From contig NC_042997.1 in assembly GCF_006345805.1 (NCBI RefSeq), positions 115,010,001-115,074,000 on the forward strand: a stretch of 64,000 nucleotides of DNA. Direction: 5' to 3'. Origin of the DNA: Octopus sinensis (lineage: Eukaryota). This document shows, in pieces, positions 12,008-23,800 of this stretch. A model generated the notes under the pieces. That model saw nothing but the letters and a program-made list of their open reading frames with translations. It was not told the DNA's origin and made no database searches. Position numbers and translations under genes: made by a program. Positions within the stretch are counted from its first letter, which is position 1. Each line of letters starts with the position of its first letter.

Positions 12008-12425
12008 GTCAGTGTCCTATTATCAGTTATCTCCCTTATCTTCTCAATAGGGCAGGAGGTGGTGGTGGTAACGCAACGTTTTGTTTCATCTTCCGAGTGA
12101 TGTAAATTAGAGACCTACCATTTATGTATCGTTTCCTTTCAAAGTTTTTTTTTTTGTTTTTTGATTTTGCAAATAACGTATCAGTCAAGTTCTTGGGGTT
12201 AGGGGGGGGGGTTGTTGCTTTAGTCAAATGGTACTGTTTAAGAATTTGTAGTCACATACCTATGTTGGAATTTAAGTTAGAATTGAAGAAGGAAGTGAAG
12301 ATGGAAAATAGGGTAATGTCCGAAAAGACTTTTGTTGGAAGATGGGGTGGGGCGGTGGCGAGTAATGAGCCTGGCTTGAAATGACTTGTAGCATGCACAT
12401 GTAGGCTGTGTGTATGTGCAGATGT

Positions 12426-12427
<2 letters not shown>

Positions 12428-12474
<47 letters not shown>

Positions 12475-12616
12475 CATATATGTACATACCTACATATATA
12501 TATATATACATACATATATGTACATACCTACATATATATATATATACATACATACATATATGTACATACCTACATATATATATATATATATATATACATA
12601 CATATATGTACATACC

Positions 12617-12660
<44 letters not shown>

Positions 12661-12679
12661 CATACATATATGTACATAC

Positions 12680-12720
<41 letters not shown>

Positions 12721-12845
12721 ATATATATGCATACATATATGTACATACCTACATATATATATATATATACACATACATATATGTACATACCTACATATAT
12801 ATATACATACATATATGTGCATACCTACATATATATATATATATA
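12428..12845. repeat. (TA)n-embedded minisatellite, unit CATACATATATGTACATACCTACAT(AT)n
   Basis: About 8 copies are visible. Confidence 0.9.
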
Positions 12846-12933
12846 CACACCACCGCAAAGCATTTCATCTCAATCCTGTCTTCTTTCTGCCGCCTAAAAA
12901 CCTCATCTTTTCCCAATGCGCGGTGTCACTATG

Positions 12934-12972
<39 letters not shown>

Positions 12973-13247
12973 ATATATCTCACCTTCACTCGCTTCCACA
13001 GGCTTAGCCAATACCGCAGGAAGAAAAAACATCAGCTAAGTTCCCGACCTGTTTCCTCTTTTCATTGTTTTTGCAAGCCTTATTATTATTGTATTCCCAT
13101 ATCGTTGTCTTTCGTCTCAAATGCTAGCTGAAGCATAAAAACTTTCACTCACAAAAACTTATTCACACCACCGCAAAGCATTTCATCTCAATCCTGTCTT
13201 CTTTCTGCCGCCTAAAAACCTCATCTTTTCCCAATGCGCAGTGTCAC

Positions 13248-13292
<45 letters not shown>

Positions 13293-13563
13293 ATATATCT
13301 CACCTTCACTCGCTTCCACAGGCTTAGCCAATACCGCAGGAAGAAAAAACATCAGCTAAGTTCCCGACCTGTTTCCTCTTTTCATTGTTTTTGCAAGCCT
13401 TATTATTATTGTATTCCCATATCGTTGTCTTTCGTCTCAAATGCTAGCTGAAGCATAAAAACTTTCACTCACAAAAACTTATTCACACCACCGCAAAGCA
13501 TTTCATCTCAATCCTGTCTTCTTTCTGCCGCCTAAAAACCTCATCTTTTCCCAATGCGCGGTG
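12846..13563. repeat. Near-identical ~319 bp tandem repeat (2.25 copies)
   Basis: Units start at 12846, 13164 and 13484 and differ mainly in (CT)n length. Confidence 0.92.
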
Positions 13564-13689
13564 CGCTCCCCCTCCCACCCCCACCACCAATACCGGTGAA
13601 CACTGTTCTCACCATCTACACCGGATACTCCCTCTTATGTTTCTCTATCTGTCTAACTATTTATCAAATTTCTCTATCTATCTAATTTC

Positions 13690-13725
<36 letters not shown>

Positions 13726-14284
13726 CATTCGTCTAAAATCAATCTTCGTATCTTCGCGCCATCTTGAAGTATGTCCCCTCTAATACACATATGTTCTCTC
13801 TCTCTCTCTCTTTCTCTCACTCTCTCATTCATCTACAAGCCGTAGTCCTGAGCGCAGATAAGTTGAATGCTTAATTTTTCACTTCGGCTACCATTTATTT
13901 ATGTTTCTCTATCTGTCTAACTATTTATCAGATTTCTCTATCTATCTAATTTCTCTATCTATCTATCTATCTATCTATCTTCATTCGTCTAAAATCAAAC
14001 TTTGTATCTTTGCGGTGCACTCGCCCTGCCCACCCCCACCACCACCACCACCACCACCAATACCGGATATCTCTATATTTTGCTCCATCTATACCGGATG
14101 TCGCTTCTCCCACCACCATTATAGGTGTCTACTCTTCGAACCCCCCTCTTCAATACGCTATTTCACCATGCATTACCCCTCTCTCGATATCCTACGTTCT
14201 ACTTGCCTAGAACCTGTCATCATTTCTCTGAACCACCCCTCCCCACTGGTGCTCCCCTATATTTCTGCACCCCCCCACATAAAA

Positions 14285-14944
14285 AAAAGCACCATCCGAA
14301 CGTGGCCGATGCCAGACCCCTCTGGCACCTGTGCAGGTGGCACGTAAAAAACACCCACTACACTCGCGGAGTGGTTGGCGTTAGGAAGGGCATCCAGCTG
14401 TAGAAACACTGCCAGACTAGACTGGAGCCTGGGGCAGTCCCGAGCTCCCCAGACCCCGGTCGAAACCGTCCAACCCGTGCTAGCGTGGAAAACGGACGTT
14501 AAACGATGATGATGATACATATATGTTCATACCTACATATATATGTATATATACATGCATCACTGGCACGGGGCCAGACGATGCTGGCAACGGACATGAA
14601 CGGATGGTGCTTTTACTGGCCCCGTGTCGGTGGCATGTAAAAGCACCATCCGTTCGTGTCCGTTGCCAGCATCGCCTGGCCCCGTGCCGGTGACACGTAA
14701 AAGCACCATCCGTTCGTGGCCGTTCGCCAGCTCTGTCTGGCACCTGTGCAGGTGGCACGTAAAAAACACCCACTACACTCGCGGAGTGGTTGGCGTTAGG
14801 AAGGGCATCCAGCCGTAGAAACACTGCCAGATCTGACTGGGCCTGACGAAGCCTTCCAGCTTCACAGACCCCAGTTGACCCGTCCAACCCATGCTAGCAT
14901 GGAAGGCGGACGCTAAACGATGATGATGATGATGATGATGATGA
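14285..14944 (+). mobile_element. Two young RTE 3'-UTR insertions; the second has an inverted 5' segment
   Basis: 14285-14516 and 14616-14944 both end in (GAT)n. 14561-14615 is the reverse complement of an internal unit. Confidence 0.8.
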
Positions 14945-15951
14945 TATATGGGTGCAGGACATCAAAAAAACGTTGAACACAATGAGAAATGAAAACATAA
15001 AAACAAAAACATAGAAACGAACTTTTTCTCAAACAAAGAAAAAAACAGAGAAATGAGACATACAACATAAAGAATATTCCCTTTCTTCCTGTTGTCCCTG
15101 TTTCATCTACTCTGCGTTTCGAAGGTATATATATATATATCCTCTTTTCATTTCTCTCTTCGTTTTTCTCACCCCTCACTTCTCTCTGATCTCTCTGTCT
15201 TTCATGATGTTTGTCTCTCTCTCACGCTATACACCCACATGGACCATTTTTCTTACATTTAACCTATTAAGCTAACCCCTTAATCTATTCCTTCAATGTG
15301 AATGCAACATTCACAATATTGCCCGGATTTACCTGGGATTATACTTAAGGGACTATACATCATCATCATTATCATCGTTTAACGTCTGCTTTCCATGCTG
15401 GCATGGGTTGGACGGTTTGACTGAGGACTAGCAAGCCCAGAGGCTGCACTAAGTCCTGATCTAATCCTGGCAAGGTTTCAACAGCTGGGATGCCCTTCCT
15501 AAAGCCAACCACTCTGAGAGTGTAGTGTGTCCTTTTTATGTTCCACTGGCCCGGGAGCCAGTCAGGCGGTCCTGGCATCGATCAGGCTGCCCTAGGACAA
15601 GTTTCCAGTACTAAATTCACCGACAAAGCATTGGTCAGCTCAGGACTATATTATTAATAGAAGGCACTTACCCAAGATGTAAGATGTTGCAGATTAGAAC
15701 TGAACCCAGAACCATGCAACTATGCCAGTATGGTATCTGATTCAAAACTTAAATAACTAAAATAGTTACTGGAGAATTGTTTGGCCACCACACATCCAAG
15801 ATTTGTTCATGGAAGTATAGACTAACTTCCATACCCTCTGGAACAAGATGAACTGTGAACTTTATTCTTCCGATTTTATTCTTCTATCTACTGTTTTATT
15901 CTTTTATACATTGTGAATTCTCTGTCTGGAACTTTCCTGCATACACACCTT

Positions 15952-16030
15952 GTCTCTGATGATGGAATACCCAGTGTATGGAGATGTTGACCCATCACTT
16001 GGGATATCCCAGAAACAGCTGTAATCATTG
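15952..16030 (+). ncRNA. Type I hammerhead ribozyme motif with a long stem II (stem I disrupted)
   Basis: CTGATGA (15956), stem II TGGAATACCCAGTG...CACTTGGGATATCCCA, then GAAAC AGCT GTA, a palindromic stem III with a GUA cleavage triplet. Confidence 0.65.
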
Positions 16031-16523
16031 ATGACTTCTACTTCTCCATTTTTGATTCACCTTTACTCTAATTAAATATTCTAAATGACATGAGATGCCA
16101 TCTTGGTTTTGTTGTCCATTTTCCTTTAATTTATAAGAAAATGATGATACACAAACACACTGAGCACCCATCATGATCATCACGGAAATGACTGAATTCA
16201 ATATTTACATTACTGCGAGTTAAAATGAAAGATCACCATGTTCTCATTCCATTCTCTGCATTTCACGACAGTTGATTTTTCTGAATCACCTTAGTGTTTT
16301 TCGGGAGGATGTTGAAAGCGTTTTCATTGCCCCCCACCTTCACAAATTTTAGCAGGTGCACTTGCATCCCCTCTACTTCCTCTTCCTGACCCTATGTCTA
16401 GGATGATTTTTGAAGGCATTTTTTGAGAAAACAAGTGGTGTCTCAGATGCTGTTAAATGCAGTAATTAACTGTTTGATAAATTATTGTAATTACATGTGT
16501 ATTTTTAAAAAAATCTTTTGCAG

Positions 16524-16624
16524 GTCATCCTCGAATTTTACCAAAATCCTTTATCAACCCAGAAATTTACGAACATTTTAGTCAAGACTACATCTTTTTA
16601 GCTTGTATAAAGTACATTAATCAA
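16524..16624 (+). CDS. PTPA: PTPA coding exon G (101 nt)
   Basis: tttgcag|(G)HPRILPKSFINPEIYEHFSQDYIFLACIKYINQ|gtgagt. Confidence 0.94.
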
Positions 16625-17027
16625 GTGAGTTGATCTAATGAAATTTACTATATTTTAATTTTTTCCCTTTCTGTGTAATATTTTGTTGTACTTTCTAGAA
16701 ACTATGCTTAATATAACAATATGGATTAATCAGGCAATTAACATCACCTTTTATCATTTTCCTTGGATTCTGTCATCATCACTATCATCATCATGTTCCT
16801 TTTCTATGCTTGCATGGGTTAGATGGAATATGTTGAGGCAGATTTTCTACAGCTGGATGCTCTTCCTGTCACTTAGCCTCACCTGTTTCCAAGCAAGATT
16901 TGCATGACACCAGGGTGTTTACATGCCTCCGGCAAGGGTGCCAATTTCCGTGACATTGCTTTTGCTTGGCTCGATGGGGCTTCTTCTCAAGCATGACATA
17001 ATGTCAAAGGTCTTGTCATTGTCCCAG

Positions 17028-17255
17028 GGAGGCCCAACACTTGTAAAGAACTCAGCTGCTTTGCCTCCACGAGGCCCAACACTCGAAAGGAACTCAGACA
17101 CTTTGCCTCTGTGAGGCCCAACATGTGAAAAGAACTCAGCCACTTTGCCTCCATGAGGCCTAAACTCTTGTAAGAAACTTGGCCACTTTGCCTCTTTGAG
17201 GCCCTACGCTCGAAAGAAAATAAGCCACTTTGCCTTCATTAGGCCTAACGCTCGA
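17028..17255. repeat. ~39 bp tandem array inside an RTE UTR variant
   Basis: About 6 copies of GAGGCCCAACACTCGAAAGGAACTCAGCCACTTTGCCTCC. Single or double units also occur at 5965-6015 and 9110. Confidence 0.85.
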
Positions 17256-17763
17256 ATGTATTTCTAGTGGAAGAAGAAGGCCTCAAATTTGGGGGAAGGA
17301 ATTAAGTCGATTACATCAACTCCAGTGCATAACTGGTACTAATTTTATTAACTACGAAAGGATGACGGGCAAAGTCGACCTCGGCAGAATTTGAACTCAG
17401 AATGTAAAGACAGATGAAATACCGCTAAGCATTTCGCCCGGTGTGCTAACAATTCTGCCAGCTTGCTGCCTTACTCAATAATAATAATAATAATAATCAT
17501 AATGATAGTAATAGTAATAATAATCCTTTCTAGTAGAAGCACAGGGCCTCAAATTTAGGGGCAGGGATTAAGTCAATTACATCAACTCCAGTGCATAACT
17601 GGTACTAATTTTATCAACCCCCGAAATGATTATTCAATAATAATCTCCATGAGAACTTGTGTAGCCGTCTGTTCTTTCCTGATTAATTAAACTAAAATAA
17701 TATTGAAATTGAAATAAAGATGGTAAAAGCGTTGGCATTAATTTGGGTTTTCTTTGCAAACAG

Positions 17764-17871
17764 GTGAAAACTGGTCCCTTCTTTGAACATTCCAATCAAC
17801 TCTGGAGTATCAGTGCAGTCGCCTCGTGGGAGAAAGTGAATTCAGGCCTTATAAAGATGTATAAAGCAGAG
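17764..17871 (+). CDS. PTPA: PTPA coding exon H (108 nt)
   Basis: aaacag|VKTGPFFEHSNQLWSISAVASWEKVNSGLIKMYKAE|gtaagt; contains the KTGPF.EHS motif. Confidence 0.97.
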
Positions 17872-18276
17872 GTAAGTGGGTTTGTCCTTTTGTTTTGTTT
17901 TTAATCATTGTCTTCTAGTTGTCATTGTCATCATCATCATTGTTGCTTTTATCTTGTCATCACCATCACTATCATTCCTCCTCCTCCCCATCCTCGTCCT
18001 CGTCGTCCATCCTCCCCCTCCATTTTTCCCTCCACCTACCCCTCATACTCCCCTCCCACTCCTGCTCCCCACCTTCCTCGCTGTTGTCTCACCAGGGAAA
18101 AAAGTGCTTTGCAGCATTTTGTCCGTCTTTACGTCCTGAGTTCAAATGCTGCCGAGGTTGATTTTTGCTTTTCATTCTTTCAGATGAAGTAAGTACCAGT
18201 GATACACTGGGGTTAATAGAAATTGACTTATGCCCCCCCCCCCTGAACTTGCTGACCTTGTGCCAAAATTTGAAAC

Positions 18277-18308
<32 letters not shown>

Positions 18309-18594
18309 TTATTGTTATTATTCATTTAACATCCACTTTCCATGCTGGCATGGGTTGGGCGATTTGACTGAGGACTGCGAACCAGATGGCTGCACCAGGC
18401 TCAATCTGATCTGGCAGAGTTTCTACAGCTGGATGCCCTTCCTAACGCCAACCACTCTGAGAGCGTAGTGGGTGCTTTTACGTGCCACTGGCACGAGGGC
18501 CAGTCAGGCGGTACTGGCAACGGCCATGCTCAAATGGTGTTTTTTATGTGCCACCTGCACAAGAGCCAGTCCAGCGGCACTGGTGATGCTGTGT

Positions 18595-19015
18595 ATTATT
18601 GCCTTTGCACAGCTTCTAACACTGGAGATGTACTACAGTGTCAGCAGTTCACTACCAGTGAACTAAGGCAACACCTCTAATTTTTCGAGCACCTTCTGGA
18701 GTATTCAAGCAGTTCCAAGCAGTGATGTTTTCTGCATGTGCTCCACCCTTATTGCAGCCCCTATTTGTTCCACATACTTCTCGAGATTTTTGTTCACTGT
18801 TCCCAGGGCTCCAACAATTATTGGTACCACTACCACCTTTTTCATCGACCACAACTGCCTTACCTCCCAAGCTAACCTGTCATACCTATCGACTTTCCTT
18901 TTTCCTTATCGCATACCTTGTTGTCAGCTGGGCATGCTATATCTATGATCATTTGCTTTCTTTCTCAATTAAGACTATGTTTGGCTTCCTATTCTCTATC
19001 TCATGGTCGCATGGG
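18595..19015 (-). mobile_element. R4/Dong-like non-LTR retrotransposon 3' end (restriction-like endonuclease domain, degenerate)
   Basis: Frameshifted minus-strand translation: CDHEIENRKPNIVLIEKE..IIDIACPADNKVCDKE..KVDRYDRLAWEVRQLWSMKKVVVVPIIVGALGTVNKNLEKY..MQKTSLLGTA.ILQKVL. This is a PD..D RLE-type C-terminus. Confidence 0.8.
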
Positions 19016-19205
19016 AGCAGTATTAGTTCAGAATAGCATTCTCTATATCTTGCTTAACTGTAGCATGGATAAACTGTAGAAAGCCACAGAACTTTGATAT
19101 TGGTTGAGAGAAAGCATCTCCTTTGCATTATATGTCTATAAGAGATGCTTCCTCAAGACCAATATCACAGTATATCCATGCTAATTAAGATATACAGAAT
19201 GCTAC

Positions 19206-19897
19206 CGGCAAGACAAGTGAGACCATAACCTGTGGCCTTTACCAGGGGTGTAGCCAGCCCACTTATGCATACCTTTCCTTTGGATACAAAACTCTGCTTG
19301 CGAAGACCTGTTGAGGCAAGTGAAATCGAAATTGAATTCGAAATCAAACCAAATTTGACTGGCACCTATGCCAACCTTCCTTCATTGGACACTAAACTCT
19401 GCTTGTGAAGACCTGTTGGTGCGAGTGAAATCGAAATTGAACCAAATTCGATGACTGGCACCCGTGTCAGTGGAGCGCTAACAGCTCCATCCAAGTGGGA
19501 TCACTGCCAGAGCAGCAGCTGTCTGGCTTCCAGTGGCACGTAAAAAGCACCATTTGAGCGTGATCGTTACCTGCATCACCCTATTGGCACATGAACAAAA
19601 CTTTCGAGCGAGGTTGTTGCCAGTGCTGCAGGACTGACTCCTGTGCAGGTGGCACGTAAAAAACACCATTTGAGCATGGCTGTTGCCAGTACCGCCTGAC
19701 TGGCCCTCGTACCAGTGGCACGTAACAGCACCCACTACACTCTCGGAGTGGTTGGCGTTAGGAAGGGCATCCAGCTGTAGAAACTCTGCCAGATCAAGAC
19801 TGGAGCCTGGTGCAGCCATCTGGTTCGCCAGTCCTCAGTCAAATCGTCCAACCCATGCTAGCATGGAAAGCGGATGTTAAATGATGACGATGATGAT
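19206..19897 (+). mobile_element. RTE copy comprising the last codons plus the complete 3' UTR
   Basis: Begins CCGGCAAGACAAGTGAGACCATAACC (as at 515-540) and ends (GAT)n. Confidence 0.85.
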
Positions 19898-20086
19898 TTA
19901 GGTAGCAAGCTGGCAAAATTGTTAGCATGCCAGGCGAAATGCTTTGTAGCATTGCTGGACTCTGAGTTCAAATTCTGCTGAATTTCACTTTCAGAGTTGA
20001 TAAAATAATACCAGTTATGCACTGGGATTGTTGTAATCAACTAGCTCGCTCCCCAAGATTTCAGGCCTTGTGCCTATAGTGGAAAG

Positions 20087-20149
20087 GATTACTATTGTTG
20101 TTGTTGTTGTTACTACTATTATTACTATTATTATTATCATTACTATTAC

Positions 20150-20197
<48 letters not shown>

Positions 20198-20227
20198 TAC
20201 TACTACTACTACTATTATTATCATTAC

Positions 20228-20260
<33 letters not shown>
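20087..20260. repeat. (TTA/CTA/TTG)n microsatellite abutting the last PTPA acceptor
   Basis: Seen directly; it is the tail of a SINE A copy. Confidence 0.9.
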
Positions 20261-20272
20261 TTTTATTTTCAG

Positions 20273-20347
20273 GTTTTAGACAAATTCCCTGTGATCCAAC
20301 ATTTCTTATTTGGCTCTTTGATGAGTATTGAACCTGTGGAAGTATGA
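20273..20347 (+). CDS. PTPA: PTPA final coding exon (stop TGA at 20345-20347)
   Basis: ttttcag|VLDKFPVIQHFLFGSLMSIEPVEV*; contains the KFPVIQHF.FGSL C-terminal motif. Confidence 0.96.
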   Translation, partial: VLDKFPVIQHFLFGSLMSIEPVEV

Positions 20348-21037
20348 GACAAGAAGAACATGCTGAAATGATATCAACTTCTGTCGGTGGATTATGAAAT
20401 GCTTAATACACAAGGACCCACCGCCCTCCCCTCCCCTCCCCCTTCTCATATTCCTCAAATTCATGTCCTCAACATATCTGAAGCTGGTTTTGTTTTTGTT
20501 TTGTTATTTGATATTTTTCTTATCCATTGATATCTGAGAGATCTATTTGTTCCAAGAATATATTGCGTGTGTATATATATATATATCTGTGTGTGTGTGT
20601 ATGTGTATGTGTGAGCGGAGAGAGAGAATGTATGTATATATGTACAGACACACATACACAAACGCACATATGCACATATACATTCATATATATGTATACA
20701 TATACACAAATATAACACACACACACACAAATATATATATTATTATGCACACACACAAACACAGACATATATGCACATATACATTTATATGTATATATAT
20801 ACACAAATATATATATTACACACACACACTCTGTTATAACAAACAAGAAAAAAAAACGTATGCAGCACTTTTGCAGTACTCTGTAGTGGCATTGAGCCTG
20901 AAACTCTGTGGTTGGAAAAGTGAATATCCTGGTCTCACATGGTTGTCTTGTGTGTATGTGTGTATGTGTGTGTCTGTCTATGCATGTAATGTATATGTAT
21001 ATATTTATATACATATATACATTTATACATACATATA

Positions 21038-21213
21038 CAGATGAGAAAATAATTTTATTCTCAAATGCAGGATAATGCTAAAAAAACACTCCATATTTTG
21101 CAGAAAAATTTGGTCACCGACAGATTTTTCTGCAAAATCTGAATAGTTTATCCTGCTCCTGCTATATTATTAGCCTCATACTGCATTTGAGATTAAAATT
21201 ATTTCTTTATCTG
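21038..21213. mobile_element. Tc1/mariner-type foldback MITE in the putative PTPA 3' UTR
   Basis: TA|CAGATGAGAAAATAATTTTATTCTCAAATGCAG ... CTGCATTTGAGATTAAAATTATTTCTTTATCTG|TA, with an inner hairpin at 21095-21138. Confidence 0.7.
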
Positions 21214-21279
21214 TATCTTTCAATACATCTCAATGCTTCTAAAGCAAACTTTGTTGACTTTCAACCTAAGTTGAATTTA

Positions 21280-21340
<61 letters not shown>

Positions 21341-21515
21341 TATACACACACAGAGGTACATCACAGATTTCCCAGTATCTTTGGTTCGAAAATCTTGATA
21401 GATTAACTGTTTTATTGACCCTCAGCTGCCCGGAAATTAGCAGTATACCTATATAATATATATATATATATATATAGTGTGTGTTTTATATCTGCATTCA
21501 ACACGTTCAAATGTA

Positions 21516-21521
21516 AATAAA
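21516..21521 (+). terminator. Candidate polyadenylation signal of PTPA
   Basis: AATAAA about 1.17 kb after the stop codon, followed by a T/GT-rich tract. No transcript evidence. Confidence 0.45.
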
Positions 21522-22314
21522 ATGTTTATTTATAATTTATCTTCTTTTTGTCGTTTACTCATTTTTATCCTGTTTCATTCGTCCACACAATTATCTCTTT
21601 CTTTCTTGTAAGTGAAATAGAAAAAAAAAATAGTTAAACTTCTCAACTGACTGGATAAGATTTGTATGATGTCTGAGCTTTTACTCAAAGAATGAAAATT
21701 AAACAAGTGAAATGTGGTCTCTCTTATAATCTTCATCATCATTGTTTTAATGTATTATCTCCATGCTGGAATGGGTGGGATGGTTTGACAGGAGCTGACC
21801 AGGCAGGAGCCTGCACCATGCGTCTGTGTCTGTTTTGGCATGGTTTTAATGGTTGGATGCCCTTCCTAACACCAACCACCCAGCAGAGTGGACTGAGTGC
21901 TTTTTACGTGGCGCAAACACAGGAGAGGTCAGTTTTGGCATGGTTTCTACAGCTGGATGCCCTTCCACATGCCAACCACTCCACAGTGTGGACTGGAGTA
22001 AAGTTCTTGAAGTCCCCAAACACAATCTATTGCAAAATTGACATGCTTTTATCTTTTGTTTATTGCCTTTTACATGTTTCTGTCATTAGACTGTGGCCAT
22101 GCTGGAACAACGCCTAGAAGAATTTTTAGTTGAATTAATCAGTCCCAGTATTTCTTTTTTCCTTTTTTCTTTTTCTGTTTTAAGCCTGGCACTTTGCTCT
22201 CTTTCGCCAGACTGCTAAGTTACAGCGACTTGTGTCTATGTCTCTGTAGTTTAGCAGTTTGGCAAAAATAGACTGATGGAATAAGTTACCCAGGCTTAAA
22301 AACTGATAGATAGG

Positions 22315-22637
22315 AGCACTCCGTCGGTTGCGACGATGAGGGTCCCAGCTGATACGATCAACAGAACAGCTTGCTCGTGAAATTAACGTGCAAGTGGCTG
22401 AGCACTCCACAGACACGTGTACCCTTAATGTAGTTCTCAGGGAGATTCAGGGTGACACAGAATGTGACAATGTTGGCCCTTTGAAATACAGGTACTACTC
22501 ATTTTTGCCAGCTGAGTGGACTGGAGCAACGTGAAATAAAGTGTCTTGCTCAAGGACACAACACGTCGCTGGGAATTGAACTCACGACCTTATGATCATG
22601 AGCCGAATGCCTCTAACCACTAAGCCACGCGCCTTCA
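22315..22637 (-). mobile_element. tRNA-derived SINE family C (GTGTCCTTGAGCAAGACACTT body; CGTAACCGACGGAGTGC tail)
   Basis: Other copies or variants lie at 34000-34282, 34604-34850, 42641-43015(-), 43266-43582 and 50340-50456. Confidence 0.8.
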
Positions 22638-23319
22638 TGGCTTAAAAACTAAAAAATTAAATACTGGGGTCGATTCATTCAACAAAAAATTCTTCAAGGT
22701 AGTGCCCCAACATGGCAGCAGTCTAGTGACTGAACCAAATAGAAGATAATGTTCCAGTTAATCATCATCATCATCACCATCATTTAATGTCCGCCTTCTA
22801 TGCTGTCATGGGTCAGATGGTTCGACAGGAGGCGGCCAAGCAGTACCCTGCACCAGACTTCTGTGTCTGTTTTGGCAGGGTTTTTACGGCTGGATGCCCT
22901 TCCTAACACCAACCACTCAACAGGGTGGACTGAATGCCTTTTACATGGCACCAGTGGTGGTAGTGAGCAAATTGATAAACTGCCATAGTGATGATGATGG
23001 AGGCGGTGCTGATGAAGGTGATAATAGTGGTGGTGGGGGCGGCGGAGGCGCCAGTGACCGAATTGATAAACTGCCACCCTTGGTGACCATACATTGTTTG
23101 TTACTACACAAATGTTGTAGGAGAAATATGTTGCAATACTGTAAGCAATAAACTCTTTGTATTAGAAAATAGTTTGCGTTCATTTTGCGATTCCTTTATT
23201 CACTGCTTCGGTTCGTTTGTTTGGAGTCCGTGGTTAACGTAAGATGAAAACACAGAGTTGTCTCCCGTACACGAGAAAACCCGGAAAATAACCGGAGTTA
23301 GTTAACTTACGGATATATA

Positions 23320-23553
23320 CAGGCTGCGGCAGAAAGATCGCCCCGATTTCAAAGGTTAATAAAACACGAACATATAAAAGTGTTTGAAAAAACATTGCAT
23401 TTATATGAAGTTCATTAAATGCCATTTTTTTCTGTTTCAGTCAGTACCCGCCATGGCCTGGAGTGGAGAGCATCGTTTTTTTCTTTCTTGTATCTTCATG
23501 TGTTTGTTTTTTATTAACCTTTGAAATCGGAGCAACCTTTCTCCCGCAGCCTG
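23320..23553. mobile_element. Tc1/mariner-type MITE
   Basis: ~50 bp imperfect TIRs CAGGCTGCGG..GATTTCAAAGGTTAATAAAA in TA-rich flanks. Confidence 0.7.
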
Positions 23554-23606
23554 AGTATATATATCGTCAGTAGTTCATATATCTGAAAAAGAAGCACACT
23601 CTAATG

Positions 23607-23757
23607 CAACGTTTCTCAACTGGGGTTCCCCGGAACCCTAGGGTTCGCAAAAGGTTCCAAGGGGTTCCGCGAGAAAGTGAGAAAGGCTAATGCTAGTTCC
23701 ATGATCGTAATATTACTATACCTGCACAACATTATTGTAATATAGACATCATCCTAC

Positions 23758-23800
<43 letters not shown>

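Noticed and set aside
11842-12105. 87 aa ORF as a standalone gene
   Set aside because: It is PTPA exon F read through into flanking intron sequence.
12408-13039. Long ORFs rich in Y/I/H/T/C/V (also near 37.5, 47.9, 52.2 and 61.1 kb)
   Set aside because: They are translations of stop-free (TA)n, (CA)n and (TACA)n microsatellites.
15060-15125. Possible permuted (type II) hammerhead on the minus strand, similar to 39715-39765
   Set aside because: The core boxes are mutated in both copies and the stems are unconvincing without a family consensus.
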